Under the pieces are notes generated by a model, which worked only from the letters and a program-made list of their open reading frames with translations, was not told where the DNA came from and ran no database searches. From the NCBI GenBank assembly GCA_964035545.1, contig OZ037765.1, forward strand, positions 27,651,504 through 27,715,503: a DNA stretch of 64,000 bases. The letters are read 5' to 3'. Below are positions 27,590 to 40,700 of the stretch, piece by piece. The stretch's first letter is position 1. Every line of letters starts with the position of its first letter. Origin of the DNA: Bugula neritina (taxonomy: Eukaryota; Animalia; Bryozoa). Both the position numbers and the translations under genes were made by a program.

Positions 27590-30500
27590 ATGGATCCCAA
27601 TAGCTTTGGTGCGTTTCAACGACAAATCACGAGAAACCAAGATGAGCTAAAAGACTATTTAAAAGACTTGGATTCATGGAAAGAATCAATTTCAAAGAAA
27701 GACCGCTCTCTTGCTGAGAAGACAGATGACGCGACTCAAAATTGTGTAAATTTTCAATTCATGTTCATTATTGCCTTGCTCTCCTTATATCTGTCATGAG
27801 ATTCTGTATCTTCAAAACTTATACTGACTATTGGAAAAGAATAAGCCATTTATTATAAGAGCTTATAACTCGTAGACTGTATTTAAGAAAGCTAAATTTG
27901 TATTTTAATATATAAATTTGTTCACTGTTCATGTATGAATTTTATCACAAAACTTGCATCTATAGATTTTTGTCAGCTAATTATTTAATAATTTCATTTT
28001 AGTTTGCATTTAGTTGCAGTATCACATCAATTATTTACAGAACTACCCCCCTGTAAGAAACAGTTTACACAAGAAAAAGAAAATAAAAAGAAAAAAAGCA
28101 CCAATTTCTAGCAGTCATGTAGAGCCAACGAAAAAATCAACAAAAATACCTGGTTATGACTTTCGGGCGTGGGATAAGTATGATGTGGTAAGTCTTGATC
28201 TTATTGTGTTGCATCAAAATATTTCTTTTCTTAAACTTTCACACAATTGGTATGGAATTCTATGTATATTTGCTATTATGTTAGGATAAAGCTTTGGCTG
28301 CAATAGATGATAACCACAGCTCTAGTTCCAGTTATGAAGAAGACACTGATGAAGAGTGGGAAGAAGAACGTAGAAAACAGCAAGCTACATTTGAGAAGGA
28401 CCAGGTTGTACTTACTTTTGATTTAGAATACTTTGTTTTAGCAAAACTTGTTTCTTCATCTCCGGAAAATATACCAGCATTAAACATTTGCCAATTTTAG
28501 AAAAAATGGTAATTTGCTTTCTGAAAGTTAACTTTCATATTCCAAAAAATAATTTAAAGTACACATTAACTGTCCTCACTACCATTACCTATAGGTGCAT
28601 ACTACTGTATATATAGCTAGCAATATTACATGTTCCATTTTATAAATTTAGCAAAGTAAAAGATGCTTCTGGCCGATGCGATTGTGATAGCTAAAATATG
28701 ATGTTTAGTCATTGACCCTACTTGAAATAAGCTGTGAGAATATATGAGGTGTCCAATTACATTCATATACGTGTTTATAGGGGAATGATTATTACAAGAA
28801 AAATAAATTGGTTGAGGCAATTGAGTGCTACACAAGAGGCATAACCTGTGATCCAACAAATGCCATTATATATGCAAACCGTGCAATGGCACTACTAAAA
28901 CAGGAGAAGTAAGGGAAAGCAGTAATATTTATATCGAATAACTGCAACAATACTTGGGTGTATTCAATTGTTGATGAGTTTCATTTGTACTGTAGTTGTG
29001 ACTAATTTATATATTCTGTGTAATTATGTTGTTTACATCTTCCAACTTTGTAATACAGTTTTGAATGATGGTTTTTTGCTATGTGTCAAGTCTTCATTAA
29101 TTGATCAGATATGGTGCTGCCGAACAAGATTGTACTGATGCCATAGCCTTGGATCCTACCTATACGAAGGCATACATGAGACGTGCTACAGCAAGAAAGC
29201 AGTTAAATAAGCTTGAATCTGCATTAGATGACTATAAACAACTTTTAAAATTGGAACCTGATAACAAAATGGCTCAAAGAGAGATTTCATCTTTAGAACA
29301 GGTTCGTTAGGCTCATACATATCTGTATCAGGTTTGCTACTGTGTATGGATGACTTAAAATGTGATTGACTTTATCTATAAGCCAACTTGGCAACAGGTT
29401 CATTAAGTTTATTGACTATCAAATAGTACCCTGGAGATATAATGGGAAAAATAAAAATTATATAAACTGCATTAGACTACAGGAAGGTTTTAGATAATAT
29501 AAGTTACATCAAAATCAAAATAGTTGAGCATCATCATTATGGGTAATGTATAAATATACATAGTGACTCAAGCTATTGTAAGTAAAAAAAGTTAGATCAA
29601 AAAGTTAGAGAAACATTATGAGAATAGTATATATTTAAACAAGATGACATTAGCTGTTGTAGAATGTATAAATAAACTGTAGGTAAAATGACATCATATT
29701 AATCCAAATGAGACTTACAAAATGGATGCACAGATAAGATATCCTTTATCATTCAAAATGTCAAAACCAGTAGTCTAGATCCAGAGTATAAAATATTAGA
29801 GTGTAAAGTTGTATGTTTATATAATATAGTAGCAGATGTAGTGAGCCTTCAGTTAAAAGAGGGAAGTTAAAAATGCTCCTCTGAGGCTGCTTGATTTGAA
29901 CACACTGACCTGTGCTGTGCTAGGGCCATTGAATTATAGTAACAGCACTGCTAGTTAAAAATAGCTTTTGATGTAATGTAGTAATAAAGCAAGAAAGCTA
30001 CAACGATCGGTGGCATACCAATACAATATCTTTATAAATTCATCTGTTGACTATAAGAAATTCGCAAGAACCGCAACCTAAGCTATGAATATTGAATTTG
30101 AGAATCCAAACATTATTTATGTTTAGTTTTACATTCATTCGCCTTATGATCACACTTGACTATCAAATATTAATCTATTAATTAGATAGTTTCAGTTATT
30201 ATACAATGTTTGTATTTGATGCCGTGCCTCCCCATGTTCGCTATGGACCAGGGTTAGGTTATTACAGAGCAATGTTGAATAATCATTTCACCGCTTGCCT
30301 GAGTGGTCCTATTTTTCATTAAAACATTGTTCTTGCCTTTGTGTGTGATTAGGCTTTATTTTATGTCAAAAATAGGATATTTTAATTTTTTGATGTAACG
30401 AAGTGTCATTAGCCTGTGAGCTAAGATTTAGTATTAATTGAAAACCTGCATGTATAAAATTTATTATGAAAAGAAATTGCATGGGCACACAACCCTGAAA

Positions 30501-33115
30501 CTGTATTTAGCTGATATCTAAGATAATGCAGATGTTTTAATACTGCATTAATCTAGCCTGGCAGCCCTGCTATATTATAAGTATGGGCATAGAAAATTAT
30601 GGGCTACTTTTTTGTGGTGTTGGCTTCCTATATTTCAGAATATATTTTTACAATGTGCAAAACATCTTGCGATTTAGGATCAGAAATGCATAGCATTTTA
30701 TAATTCTGGGTATCACGAAACCTATAGTATAATTATGAGCTGTTTTATGACATTTTATATAATCAAGACTATTTTGAAATTTCAAGTGGCACTGAAGCAT
30801 CTAGCTCTAAATGCACCTTTTATTATTAGAGAACATACATTTATGATGCTGATGTTCAAATATTGTTTCTTCAGCAGTACTATTGAATTTTTTATTTAAC
30901 GCTATTGCTGCCATATTTATAGACTTGTAACTATAGTGTATGCAGGGTTAAAGTTGCTATGATGCAATATTGCATTTTTCCATCATCATGAGGAGATAGT
31001 CAACATAGCTGACTGCTTCATCGTTTCTGCCATCCTTATTTAGGTTATGAATATGTCGGCTTGTGACTAGTGTCTAGCTTGTACTCAGATGCTCGTTATT
31101 TTACTACAGTTATCAATATTGTGAAACAATTCTAGTTGATAAGTGTTCTGTACATTATAACCTCATGTAGTAATAACTCATGTGACTACAATGATTTTGC
31201 AATATTGTCTTTTATAGAAATTACAGCTGTCAGCTGAAGGCATTGTTATTCCTATAAAGAAATCTGCGAATGAAAAATCGAAGGTATATACTCGTATAAA
31301 TATGTTGGGATATTTTGACAAGTTTTATAACTCCGAGTATTATGTCATTTTCAATATGCTAAAGTAAATTTTTATATTTTGAAAGTTTTTCAATATTTGT
31401 ACTAGTATTTACTCGCACGCTGTTGATGAGGTATGAATGCGTAAATACTCATGATATCTATATATTATACTATGCTTGTAGAAACCTCTAGTTCGCATAG
31501 AAATTCAGGAAATTGATCACAACGAAGTGAAATCTAAACTCACTGCAGCCGTTGCCAAAACCACAGTGCATCAGAGTGCCGAAACAAAAAAAGTTATTGC
31601 TAAAGATGCTGAATCATTTAGCAAATATCTTAGTACTTCAAAAAATGCTGATGAACGTGACAAATCAGCAGTTAGCACTTGCAAAAAGCAGGCAAACATT
31701 TCATCTCCGTCAGACATTGGTAAAATAACCATTCCCACGAGTAACTCTAAGCAAAAATCAAAACCTGCAGAACAATCTCCTAGAGTAAGCCCACGGATGC
31801 CAGCCAACTCTTATCAGTTTCAGAAGGATTGGAAATCTGTAAAAGGAGACCTCGATCTTTTATATGATTACTTAAAGGTAACAAAAGAAACCAGGCAATA
31901 TGCAGACACACTTTCTGCTTGTGCTAATGTTACATCCGTTTAAATTTCCTGAAAACCATTGTTATTGAAGCTAGTTCTCAAAAAGATGGTTAACACATAA
32001 TGAATTGGCACCGCTTTCAACTTATTTGGTCATTTTCTTATTAGCACACCTTTGCATATTCAATACTAGTAACATGCTTCTTAGGCTTCTGTATAATTGA
32101 ATTAACATCAAGAAATGTGCTTCTTTACCCATAAATAAATATGTAATTTTCAAATTGCTTAGCCAGTTGTAGATTGATGGTTTTCAAAACGCTTGATTAT
32201 CAGCAGTTTTGAAGATGCAAAGCAAACCATGTTTTAAGTTTCATCAGTTTTTTTTCAAGTACTTGGTTTTAGATTTATCTTCATGTTGTATTTTAGAACG
32301 TTCGTAAATTGAATGTATGAACTTACTTGATTTCCAAGTCATTATTCATATATATAGAGGTTATTTGTAATAGTAAGTAGTGTACTCCATACAATATACT
32401 AAATTTAGTGCTATTGCATGTTTCAGACTATTCCGGAAGCTCATTATCCAAAGCTCATTGGTGAATTCTTAGAAGCAGATGTTTTGAAAATGATTTTGTT
32501 AACATTTCAACAAAGATTTTTGCGGTGAGAAACCAGTAACTTTTTGTGTTGCATATTGGCTACACTGCTAAAAGAATCAATTGTAATGTATTATTCCAAG
32601 TATTCCCTTTACCAAAACTACTTTTTGGAGTTTACTTTTTAGAGATGGAGTGAATATAACCAGTCATATGATCGAGCTGGCAAAGGTGAAACGTTTTTCA
32701 ATGACATTGATGTTCATGTCTGGCAGCGATAAGAAAGGTGAGTTGTCAGATGTGAATTTTTAAAACTCTTTTGCTCCATTGGTGGTTGCAGTTTAGGTGA
32801 TGTAGTAAACGGTTAACGCCGTGTTTCACTTATTAGTACAAAGATGCACAAGAGGTTTGATTATTTAGTACAATATTGGCAAATACAGTAAATATTCTAA
32901 ATATTAGAAAATTGACAAATAGATTATATACAATGCACAATTATATAGATTATATGCAATACACATATTTCATTATTTTCCTTGATACATATTTGTATAA
33001 ACATAGTTTACATGTTTTTTATGCAGTTGTGAAGGACATCATCTCCAAACTCTCATCAATAGAAGGGGTTCATTCAAGTGACATCCAGACAATTAGCAGG
33101 CTGTATGATGTATAA
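27590..33115 (+). CDS. RPAP3: RNA polymerase II-associated protein 3 (R2TP co-chaperone)
   Basis: N-terminus MDPNSFGAFQRQITRNQDELKDYLKDLDSW; DFRAWDKYDV motif; TPR block (EKDQGNDYYK...AIECYTRGI...YANRAMA...AEQDCTDAIALDPTYTKAYMRR); KPLVRIEIQE; C-terminal PANSYQFQKDW...KRFSMTLMFMS. Exons are joined by GT-AG introns. Confidence 0.95.
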
Positions 33116-33250
33116 CCTGAAATCACTAGCTAGACACAAGAGACAGCTGTCACCATGTTTTATTGTACAAATACAATATTCACATTATTGGAAAAACAAA
33201 TAACTTTTTTCTATGTACATTTGTGAATGATGATTTAAATCGTGATGGTT

Positions 33251-34777
33251 TTACATTTTCTTCTTTTTACTTGCAACCTCATCAAACATTATTTCTTCAA
33301 ATGAATTTATAGTTGCAAACTGTTTCATTTGTGCTATTGTCAATACTGCATTGCCTGGCCTTCTTACTACCATAGACTGTAATCCAGCTTTTTCAGCTGC
33401 TGTTGCCTCTAAAATATAAACCGTGTGTAACAATTCCAGCTGCATTATTCATTTTATTATTTAAAATTTATAATATGTAATGTATAACATCAATTACCTT
33501 CCAGAATGTCAGTAAGAAACAGAACATGGCGGGGCTCTACTTTCAAATGATCGCATATTGATGTATAGCTTGCAGCTTCTCTCTTTCCTCCAATTTTTGT
33601 ATCAAAGTAGTCTGTTATATACTATAAAGATGAAATTAGGTTTAAAGCGTTGAAACATGGTATTTTAAAGATTGTTTACATTAGTTGACACAGGTTACTA
33701 TTATTCATACCTCAGTGATGTCTCCATCAACAGAATAAGTAAACAGAAGTTTTTGCGCTGCAACACTACCTGATGAATATATACAAAGTTGTTTCCCCTC
33801 ATCTTTCCATTGTCGAAAACACTGAGTGACGTCTTCGTAAAGACTGAAAATTTACAAATTATTCATTTGTTAAAATGCCTACGTAGCATACAATTATATC
33901 GAAGAAACTCTTTTTTTAAAGTTACAAATGGGCGAACTTAAATAACTAGTTGCTGCTTTGCCAGTGTTGTTGAGTACATGACTTTTTGTGTTTCCTGTTC
34001 AGTATTCCACCAATTAATTTGAGTAAGGAGAAACAACTCCACATGGGAGAAGTCAATATAAGCGAAACTCACTGCCCCCTGACTTCCTTTTTCTTGTATG
34101 CATCGACCCACATATGACCTTGCAGCTGTTTCAAGCTGGTAGTTTTTCTATCTAATCCCATTTGCCATTCAACATTTTTCACAACTGAATCAATTACTTG
34201 TTCTTTAGGGTGAGTTTCGGAAAGTATTGGAATAATGCCCTTCAGTTCATCTTTATTTAAATCTTCTTTCACCTAAAATTCAAGTACATGTAACTAAAAT
34301 TAGTTATTATATAATGCATAAAAAGTAACATCCGAAATAATTGGTATGTGTGAGATTGAAATAATTATCTTATGCTGTCTAGCTTCATTTTTAACAGGAA
34401 AAACCCTTGAATTTGAAGGTAAGAATATCACCTGCTCCCTAAGACCACTAATGGCAGCTTGTGTTTCTTTGTCATTCCAATGCTCTTCCAGAAAATGCCT
34501 TACATGCTTCAAGATATAAGGAAATAGTTCATCCTGCAATTCATAATTGGTGTTAAATAGCAAAAAATAATCTATTTATACCTGTGCAGCCAATCTGATT
34601 TTTGAAATGGTTTTAGAGAAAATATATTGAATAAAGTAATTGAAGAATAGCATGAATAAATTTGCACAATACCTTTACAAAGCTTATAGATGTTGTGGTT
34701 CCTTCAATGTCAAGCAGTATTAATGATATATCTTTAGGAACAGCGACTGTAGGGCAAGTAAGGTTTTTCCTACCCAT
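33251..34777 (-). CDS. ENOPH1: Enolase-phosphatase E1 (HAD family, methionine salvage)
   Basis: LLDIEGTTTSISFVKDELFPY, DRKTTSLKQLQGHMW, IYSSGSVAAQKLLF, VVRRPGNA. A likely non-coding first exon has its donor at 35714-35719. Confidence 0.97.
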
Positions 34778-34935
34778 TTTATAATTTTAAACTTCTAGTC
34801 TAAAAAACAAATATATGTAAAAAAAATTATTTTGTAACAGTTGTTTCAATTATTAAATTAGCAACAATTTTTCATCAAGCACTAGTTCTTTCCAGCATAT
34901 TTTACATTCAAACATTGGATCTAGAAAAAAGGTGG

Positions 34936-35079
34936 TAGGTGCAGTAATGGAGAAATTGAGAAAAGCCTGTGTTGTAGATTAGAAATGTAGCATAAGAATT
35001 TTAAACAGCGCCCCAAACCAAAATTTAATAACAAAATTAAAGAACTGAGGCTATCTCAATTCTTCCACTACTGCTCCTA
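34936..35079. mobile_element. Small MITE-like inverted repeat in the ENOPH1 5'UTR intron
   Basis: TAGGTGCAGTAATGGAGAAATTGAGAAAAGCCT vs AGGCTATCTCAATTCTTCCACTACTGCTCCTA. Confidence 0.55.
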
Positions 35080-35851
35080 AATGAACTACTCTATTCAATA
35101 ATAGACCTTCTGCGGATATATTCAGATGTTTTTATTCATGTCTGAATCAAATTGAAAGGTGTGGTAGATAACATTCACTATCTGAAACACTTTCCTTTGC
35201 ATGTTGAAAAATAATTTAAATGTTCAACAGTTTTAGTTTACATAGGTGTAAAACTAAAAGTAAAACACAGCTGCTACAAAAGGTTTTTTTCCCATTGTAT
35301 CTTTTAACTTCAAGTCCATTACAGAGTTTAGTACAATGCTCAAGGACTAAAATTTGTATTGATTTAACTTGGCAACTTGCTAAAATAAAAATTAAAATTA
35401 ATGACATTGACAATTGACTTGACTTTCTAGTAGTACTAGTACTAGTACTAGTGGTAGTTCAAGTTGCACTTGCTACCCTAAATAATTTACTCAACTCTCA
35501 TTGTTCATTGACAATGTGAATGTTACCAGACTTGTTACTAGTTTTTAAAACTCAAACATGTTGGAGCCATAAACAGCTATTAGTGAATCAACTGATTAAA
35601 AAAAAAAATCGAGCAAGCGTAACTTGGATAACAACATAGTTCATTGTGATTGACTTCAAGTTTTTGCATCCATGCTCTTTCATATCTATATTATAATACT
35701 AATAGGAATTTCTACTCACCTTGAACTCCATTCGCTATAGAGCTTTATAGCCTGAGTCACTTGAATGACTGCTAGCAAATTTGGCACGATCGCTGGCTGC
35801 ACTATACGATCACATTTAAATGACAGCTCACTGCTACGGTATAGCAAAATT

Positions 35852-36777
35852 GAAATTGCTAGAAACAGCACCAGGTTGAGAGTGATGGAGTGCAGAGTTT
35901 GACCAGCCATTGTTCACCGGCTTTCCATGTACCGATCTCAGATCGATCTTAGGCAGATCGATCCATGGAAAGACGTCAAAGATCGATCTCAGTCGTTCTG
36001 AGCTGGTCGGTCTGTAGAGCTCGAACTCAGATCGATCTTAAGGCAATAAGACCATGGAAAGACGAAAGATCGATCCGAGAAGTAGAAAAATGACTGCTCG
36101 CTAAAATGTTGTCTGCTAATAACAATGATAACTTATTGTTAATTACTAAGCAAAGTACTTAATAATTAAGATAGCCACCTTTTCAAGTGGCAAAACTTTG
36201 ACTTTCAGTAAAATGATTAGGAAAACTTAATTATGTAAAATTATGGACGGTAGAAGATACAAAAAGTGAGAGTATTTAAATTGAATTTAAATGACTAGTA
36301 TAACGCACTGTCATTAGTTATTTGCTGCGTAATTTTAAGCCTATTAGTCCCGTAAGTTTATGAATAAGCTGCACAACAGCTATTAATTTTATATAAGCTT
36401 TCAAGCTAAAATATTAAAATTAATTATCTTAAATTGGCCAAATTACTCTATACTAAAAGCTTTATTGCGTAGAGTTTATAGCTGACGGTAAATTTTAGAT
36501 TATGGAAATTTTGTTTTTCAACAGCAGTAACTTTTATCACTCAGGTGGGTGAAAAAATTATGCTATTAAAGTAGTCTTTACCTAAGAGGAGGCAACTCCG
36601 AGAGATCGATCTGACGCTCTCATGGAAAAACGATCGATCTGAGCACATGTCTCAGATCGATCTCAGCGAGATCGATCTGAGATCGGTACATGGAAAGCCC
36701 GTGGTTGTTCGCACAATCGAGACTGTCAAATTCCTGTACTCAGTGACCACCAACTCCGTACTGCTTCAAGCAATTTC
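35852..36777. mobile_element. MITE family B, copy 3, split by a nested insertion
   Basis: Left arm GAAATTGCTAGAAACAGCACCAGGTTGAGAGTGATGGAGTGCAGAGTTTG; right arm TGTACTCAGTGACCACCAACTCCGTACTGCTTCAAGCAATTTC. It resembles copy 1 once the insert is removed. Confidence 0.75.
35915..36703. mobile_element. 789-bp non-autonomous DNA transposon with CAC...GTG termini (CACTA/Chapaev-like)
   Basis: TIR CAC(C/G)GGCTTTCCATGTACCGATCTCAGATCGATCT; 3-bp TSD GTT (35912-35914 and 36704-36706); many subterminal palindromic AGATCGATCT repeats; no transposase ORF. Confidence 0.85.
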
Positions 36778-36989
36778 TATACAAGTCGCAATAAGTATAG
36801 CCACAGGTCTGGATTATTATCGTTATAATTTAATTTTATAATGACTGTAACTGAAATATTGTAATAAATGAATAATTATGAGATACAGTTAATATTATTA
36901 GTGTTACAATTTGTCCATCTCAACACCCGCTAGTTTTTTTACCCACTCACCATAAAAATGCCCGCTTATAACTTATAAGTAAATCAAAA

Positions 36990-37550
36990 TGTAATGAAGT
37001 AAAACTAGTAAAAACTACTACTAGTACTACTAGTAGTAGTAATCACTAGTAGTAGTACTGTAGTAGTACTGTAGTAGTACTCGTACAACTACAAGTATAA
37101 TAATTATAATATAGTAGTATGGCGATGATTATCATCATTATGATATTCATATTGATAACGATAATTATAATCATATATCATATAATTCAAATTGTATGCA
37201 TGTCTATTGTCTATGAATATGATATTCATATTGCTATATTATAATTATTATATTTATATACAGTTAAGGTTATAGTAAGACTAATAGTAATAGTATTACA
37301 TTAGTATTAGTAATAAGAATAGTTATACAATACATTATTATTTATGATTATCATTATGATTAAATTTAATGCTCAGCCTAAAAGTAAATTAAAAATATTA
37401 ATTTATAATTTTAAAGCCAAAATCATAATGATAATGGTGTTATCTATTTATAGTGGTTTTAAATTTAATAAATTAATTATTAAAGTGAAACTAAAAGTAA
37501 GGCTAAGTAAGTGATTCACTAGTACTGGTGGTAATAGTAATATTAATCAG
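36990..37550. repeat. 3-bp-periodic (ANT/ATN)n tract in the inferred 5'UTR intron of PIGS
   Basis: ACTACTACTAGTACTACTAGTAGTAGT and GATGATTATCATCATTATGAT. Confidence 0.85.
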
Positions 37551-37794
37551 CAGTTGTCATTCATGTTTACTTTATGTTGAATAAATTTTAGAATGAATAA
37601 TGACTCCAAAAAATATATATCTTCACTATGACTGACTCATAGCAGTAAAATTATTACTTGCAGTTACTCACTCAATTTTATAATAGACTTATGAATTTAT
37701 CATTTGTGTGGTCAGCAATTGCAATGAAGAGATGTATGCAAAAATCTAGTTTTTGGACAGCCTACTTCAATGCATTAAACTTTGTGGTTTTAGA

Positions 37795-40700
37795 ATGACA
37801 TCACCAAGTTCCGAAAGCTCAGATCTGCCTGAAGACCTCGATCTAAAGCTACAAGAAAAAGGTAACTATTTTTAGAGTAACAAATATTTTTTGCTTTGTC
37901 ATTTGATGATACAGCGATGAGCCAATCGTGACATTGTTATAACTTTCAGAGCTCACATTTCTATTATTTGCTTTTATTTGCTAAGGAGTTTTTGTTGTCT
38001 AGCTTTTTGTTTTTTGCATTTTTGGAGTAAAGGACACTTTACAGGATTAATTTTTGCTTTCTAATTTTTTCATTTATCCTCACCAACAGTTGCTGATAAA
38101 ATGAAATGATGCTCATTGTTTAATTTCTATACAATCTTGAATACTCACTACTGTACATGAATGTTATTTGTAGAGAGATGGTACAGCCATACAGCTGCAA
38201 TTAGCTTCACTTTATTTTTTCTAATTGTTGGAATACCAGTGTGGTGGCTGACTACCACAGTGTATAGGGCTGAGCTACCTTACTCTGATATTAAAAGAGC
38301 TTTTCAGAAAATGGTAACTCAGTAGTATACTAATACTTTACACTGTATTAACTACTTTACTAGTTATACTTGCACAGTGTATTTGTAATAATATACTAAT
38401 ACTTGCACAGTGTATTTTTAATATTTAGACAACAGTAATCACGTTTGCATTTTAGAAGGCTTTGTTTTTCAATCATGCGATAGATAGTAGAAAACCTCTA
38501 CTTTTGAAAATGTGTTTCCATCATTTATAGAACTATAAGTAAACTTTATGTTATATGAATTATAGCCAACTGTTGGACTGGATATTGAACTGGTAGTTGT
38601 AAGTAAAGATGTTAGTCCAGTCAACATGGCGGAGTTTGGTGAACAAATTCAGGAGTCGTTTCAGAGTGAGTCTATTTTAAATGATAAGTTGACTTTAGGT
38701 TGTTGTCAGCTCAAGACTTACAGCAGATTGGATTGAATTAAGTCTGGAATATTCAGGAAGTACATAGTTTAACAAGATTTATACCCTCTGCTTACTTGGG
38801 GTGTTGCTTAGTTTATGCCAAGTATTATGGCTTTAGTAAGCATGCAGACTGAAAGCTAGCTCTATAAAACTGTTTTCCAATTTTTTTTTGTTTTCAGATT
38901 TGTTAAAATATATATTTTGCTATAATTATTTTGTTGTTATAATGATATGTTTAGTTTAACTGTTGGAATTGTTACTGTCATATTTCTCTAAATATATTTG
39001 TATGAATGAAGAGATGAGTTCCCGAGATGACTACATCTCATTGAGGTACCGTGGCTCCCTCCGATCTGCCACAAATGATGAAGTCAGTTTTCTTACAAGT
39101 GCTTCTTCTTCTGAAGGTAGTTCTCTCTATTTTGAGCAGTTAAGTTGATGTAATGAAACCCTTAATGAAGTTCTTCTTAAAATGTGTTTGCTGAGAAGAT
39201 TTGGATGTTTCAGTCAGTATTTAGTTCAAATTATTATTGATTTGATTGATTATGTGATTAGATATATATAATTTTAAATAATAATAGCTTCTAATTGTTG
39301 CTATTTATTGGAGAATATCATGTTTTTGATGTTGATGGTCTCTGCTAGCCTTTCACATTTATTTCTTTAGTGCAAATGTATACCAACAATATACACGCCA
39401 TCTTAAATAACTTTGACTCGAATACTGTTATTATATTTTATTGTAGATTTAGAAAAGATGTCTCTTTCGGAAGATGGAGATAAATATGTTGTATATATTC
39501 TACATGCTAAGCTGGCCAAATTTCTCTCTCAGCCTTTCATTAATCAGCAGAAGCAAATATTTATTCCTATTGGTTCAGGTATGTTGATTGATTGATTGAT
39601 TTATTACATATCACAGACAGGAAATTACGTTGTGGAATTCAGTGTAAATACTGGCTATAAAAAGTAGACATGAACAAAGTTGGAAAAAAATGTCAGAACT
39701 TTGTTGGATTATTTAAAATAAAAGACAATTTAAAGTATTTACAAGGTGTCTCTTATGTGTATAATATGTTCTCTACTGTAACATTAGCCTCTCCTCCAGT
39801 CATGTTATCACAAGATTTTGACGTTATGTCTCGATTTAGGAAAGCTAGGCGAAGTTATTCCTGTCTTGGAAGATGTGTGTGGGGAAATATTCCGTCCTTC
39901 TGTTTTATCTAGAACATTCCAAGTAGTACATGGGGCTCCACTGGTAAGTCATTCAGATATGTTTCACCTTGAATAAGCGCATCTAATTCTTATGATAAAA
40001 TTTTTGAAAATTAGTATTTCAAGGTTGACTTTACCATCTGATTCCAAACAATGACAGGCTAGACTTTGATGTATTGCGTGGTTTGTATTATTGATTATAG
40101 CTTGTTTGGTTTATAAACCATTTAACTAGCCATACTGTATCTGCTATAGAATGACAGAGAACTGTTGAGATCAGTAAAGTTTGGTTCATCCTATACTCTG
40201 GTGTTTACTTTGCTGGTACCGGAACCCAACAAAGTTCTGGCTAACTGGGACATTTCAGCAGCTGTTGATGGTCAGTATTGCTGTCATTCAATGTAGATAT
40301 GTATTTAATTGTATCATGAATAACATTGTATTTATATAAGAATGGTCTTTTCAGAATGATATTGGATTTTAGGGTCAACTGTTTTTGATAAAAGTAGTTT
40401 TATGACCTCTTTTTTCTAAATTGTGGGTGTATTAATTTCTTATGCTTACCTTTTCTTCGTTGCATTGATTTATTATATTTTATAAAAAGACAGTCCGGTG
40501 AAATTGTAAAATGTCAACACGATGAAATATATATTAGGCTATTAATTATAACATTTCTCTACTATTTCCAGAGTACCTGGCCTCTCTAAAGTCTAGTTTA
40601 CACAAACTCATTGACCTGAAGATCAAGTCACAGGTGAGTTGTAGCTGCACCATCCAATAGCCTTATATGGTGCTTCTTGCTCATTATATTTATATCTTGT

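Noticed and set aside
27570-27592. Splice acceptors just before the ATGs of RPAP3, PIGS and ENOPH1, suggesting SL trans-splicing or operons
   Set aside because: Plausible upstream cis donors exist (clear for ENOPH1), and neighbouring genes are mostly divergent or convergent. This cannot be supported without cDNA.
30953-31015. Possible C/D snoRNA in an RPAP3 intron
   Set aside because: The C box is imperfect, and I recognise no rRNA-complementary guide.
35935-36080. Repeated AGATCGATCT units with spacers, superficially CRISPR-like
   Set aside because: Spacing is irregular, the context is eukaryotic, and the units are explained as subterminal repeats of a TIR transposon.
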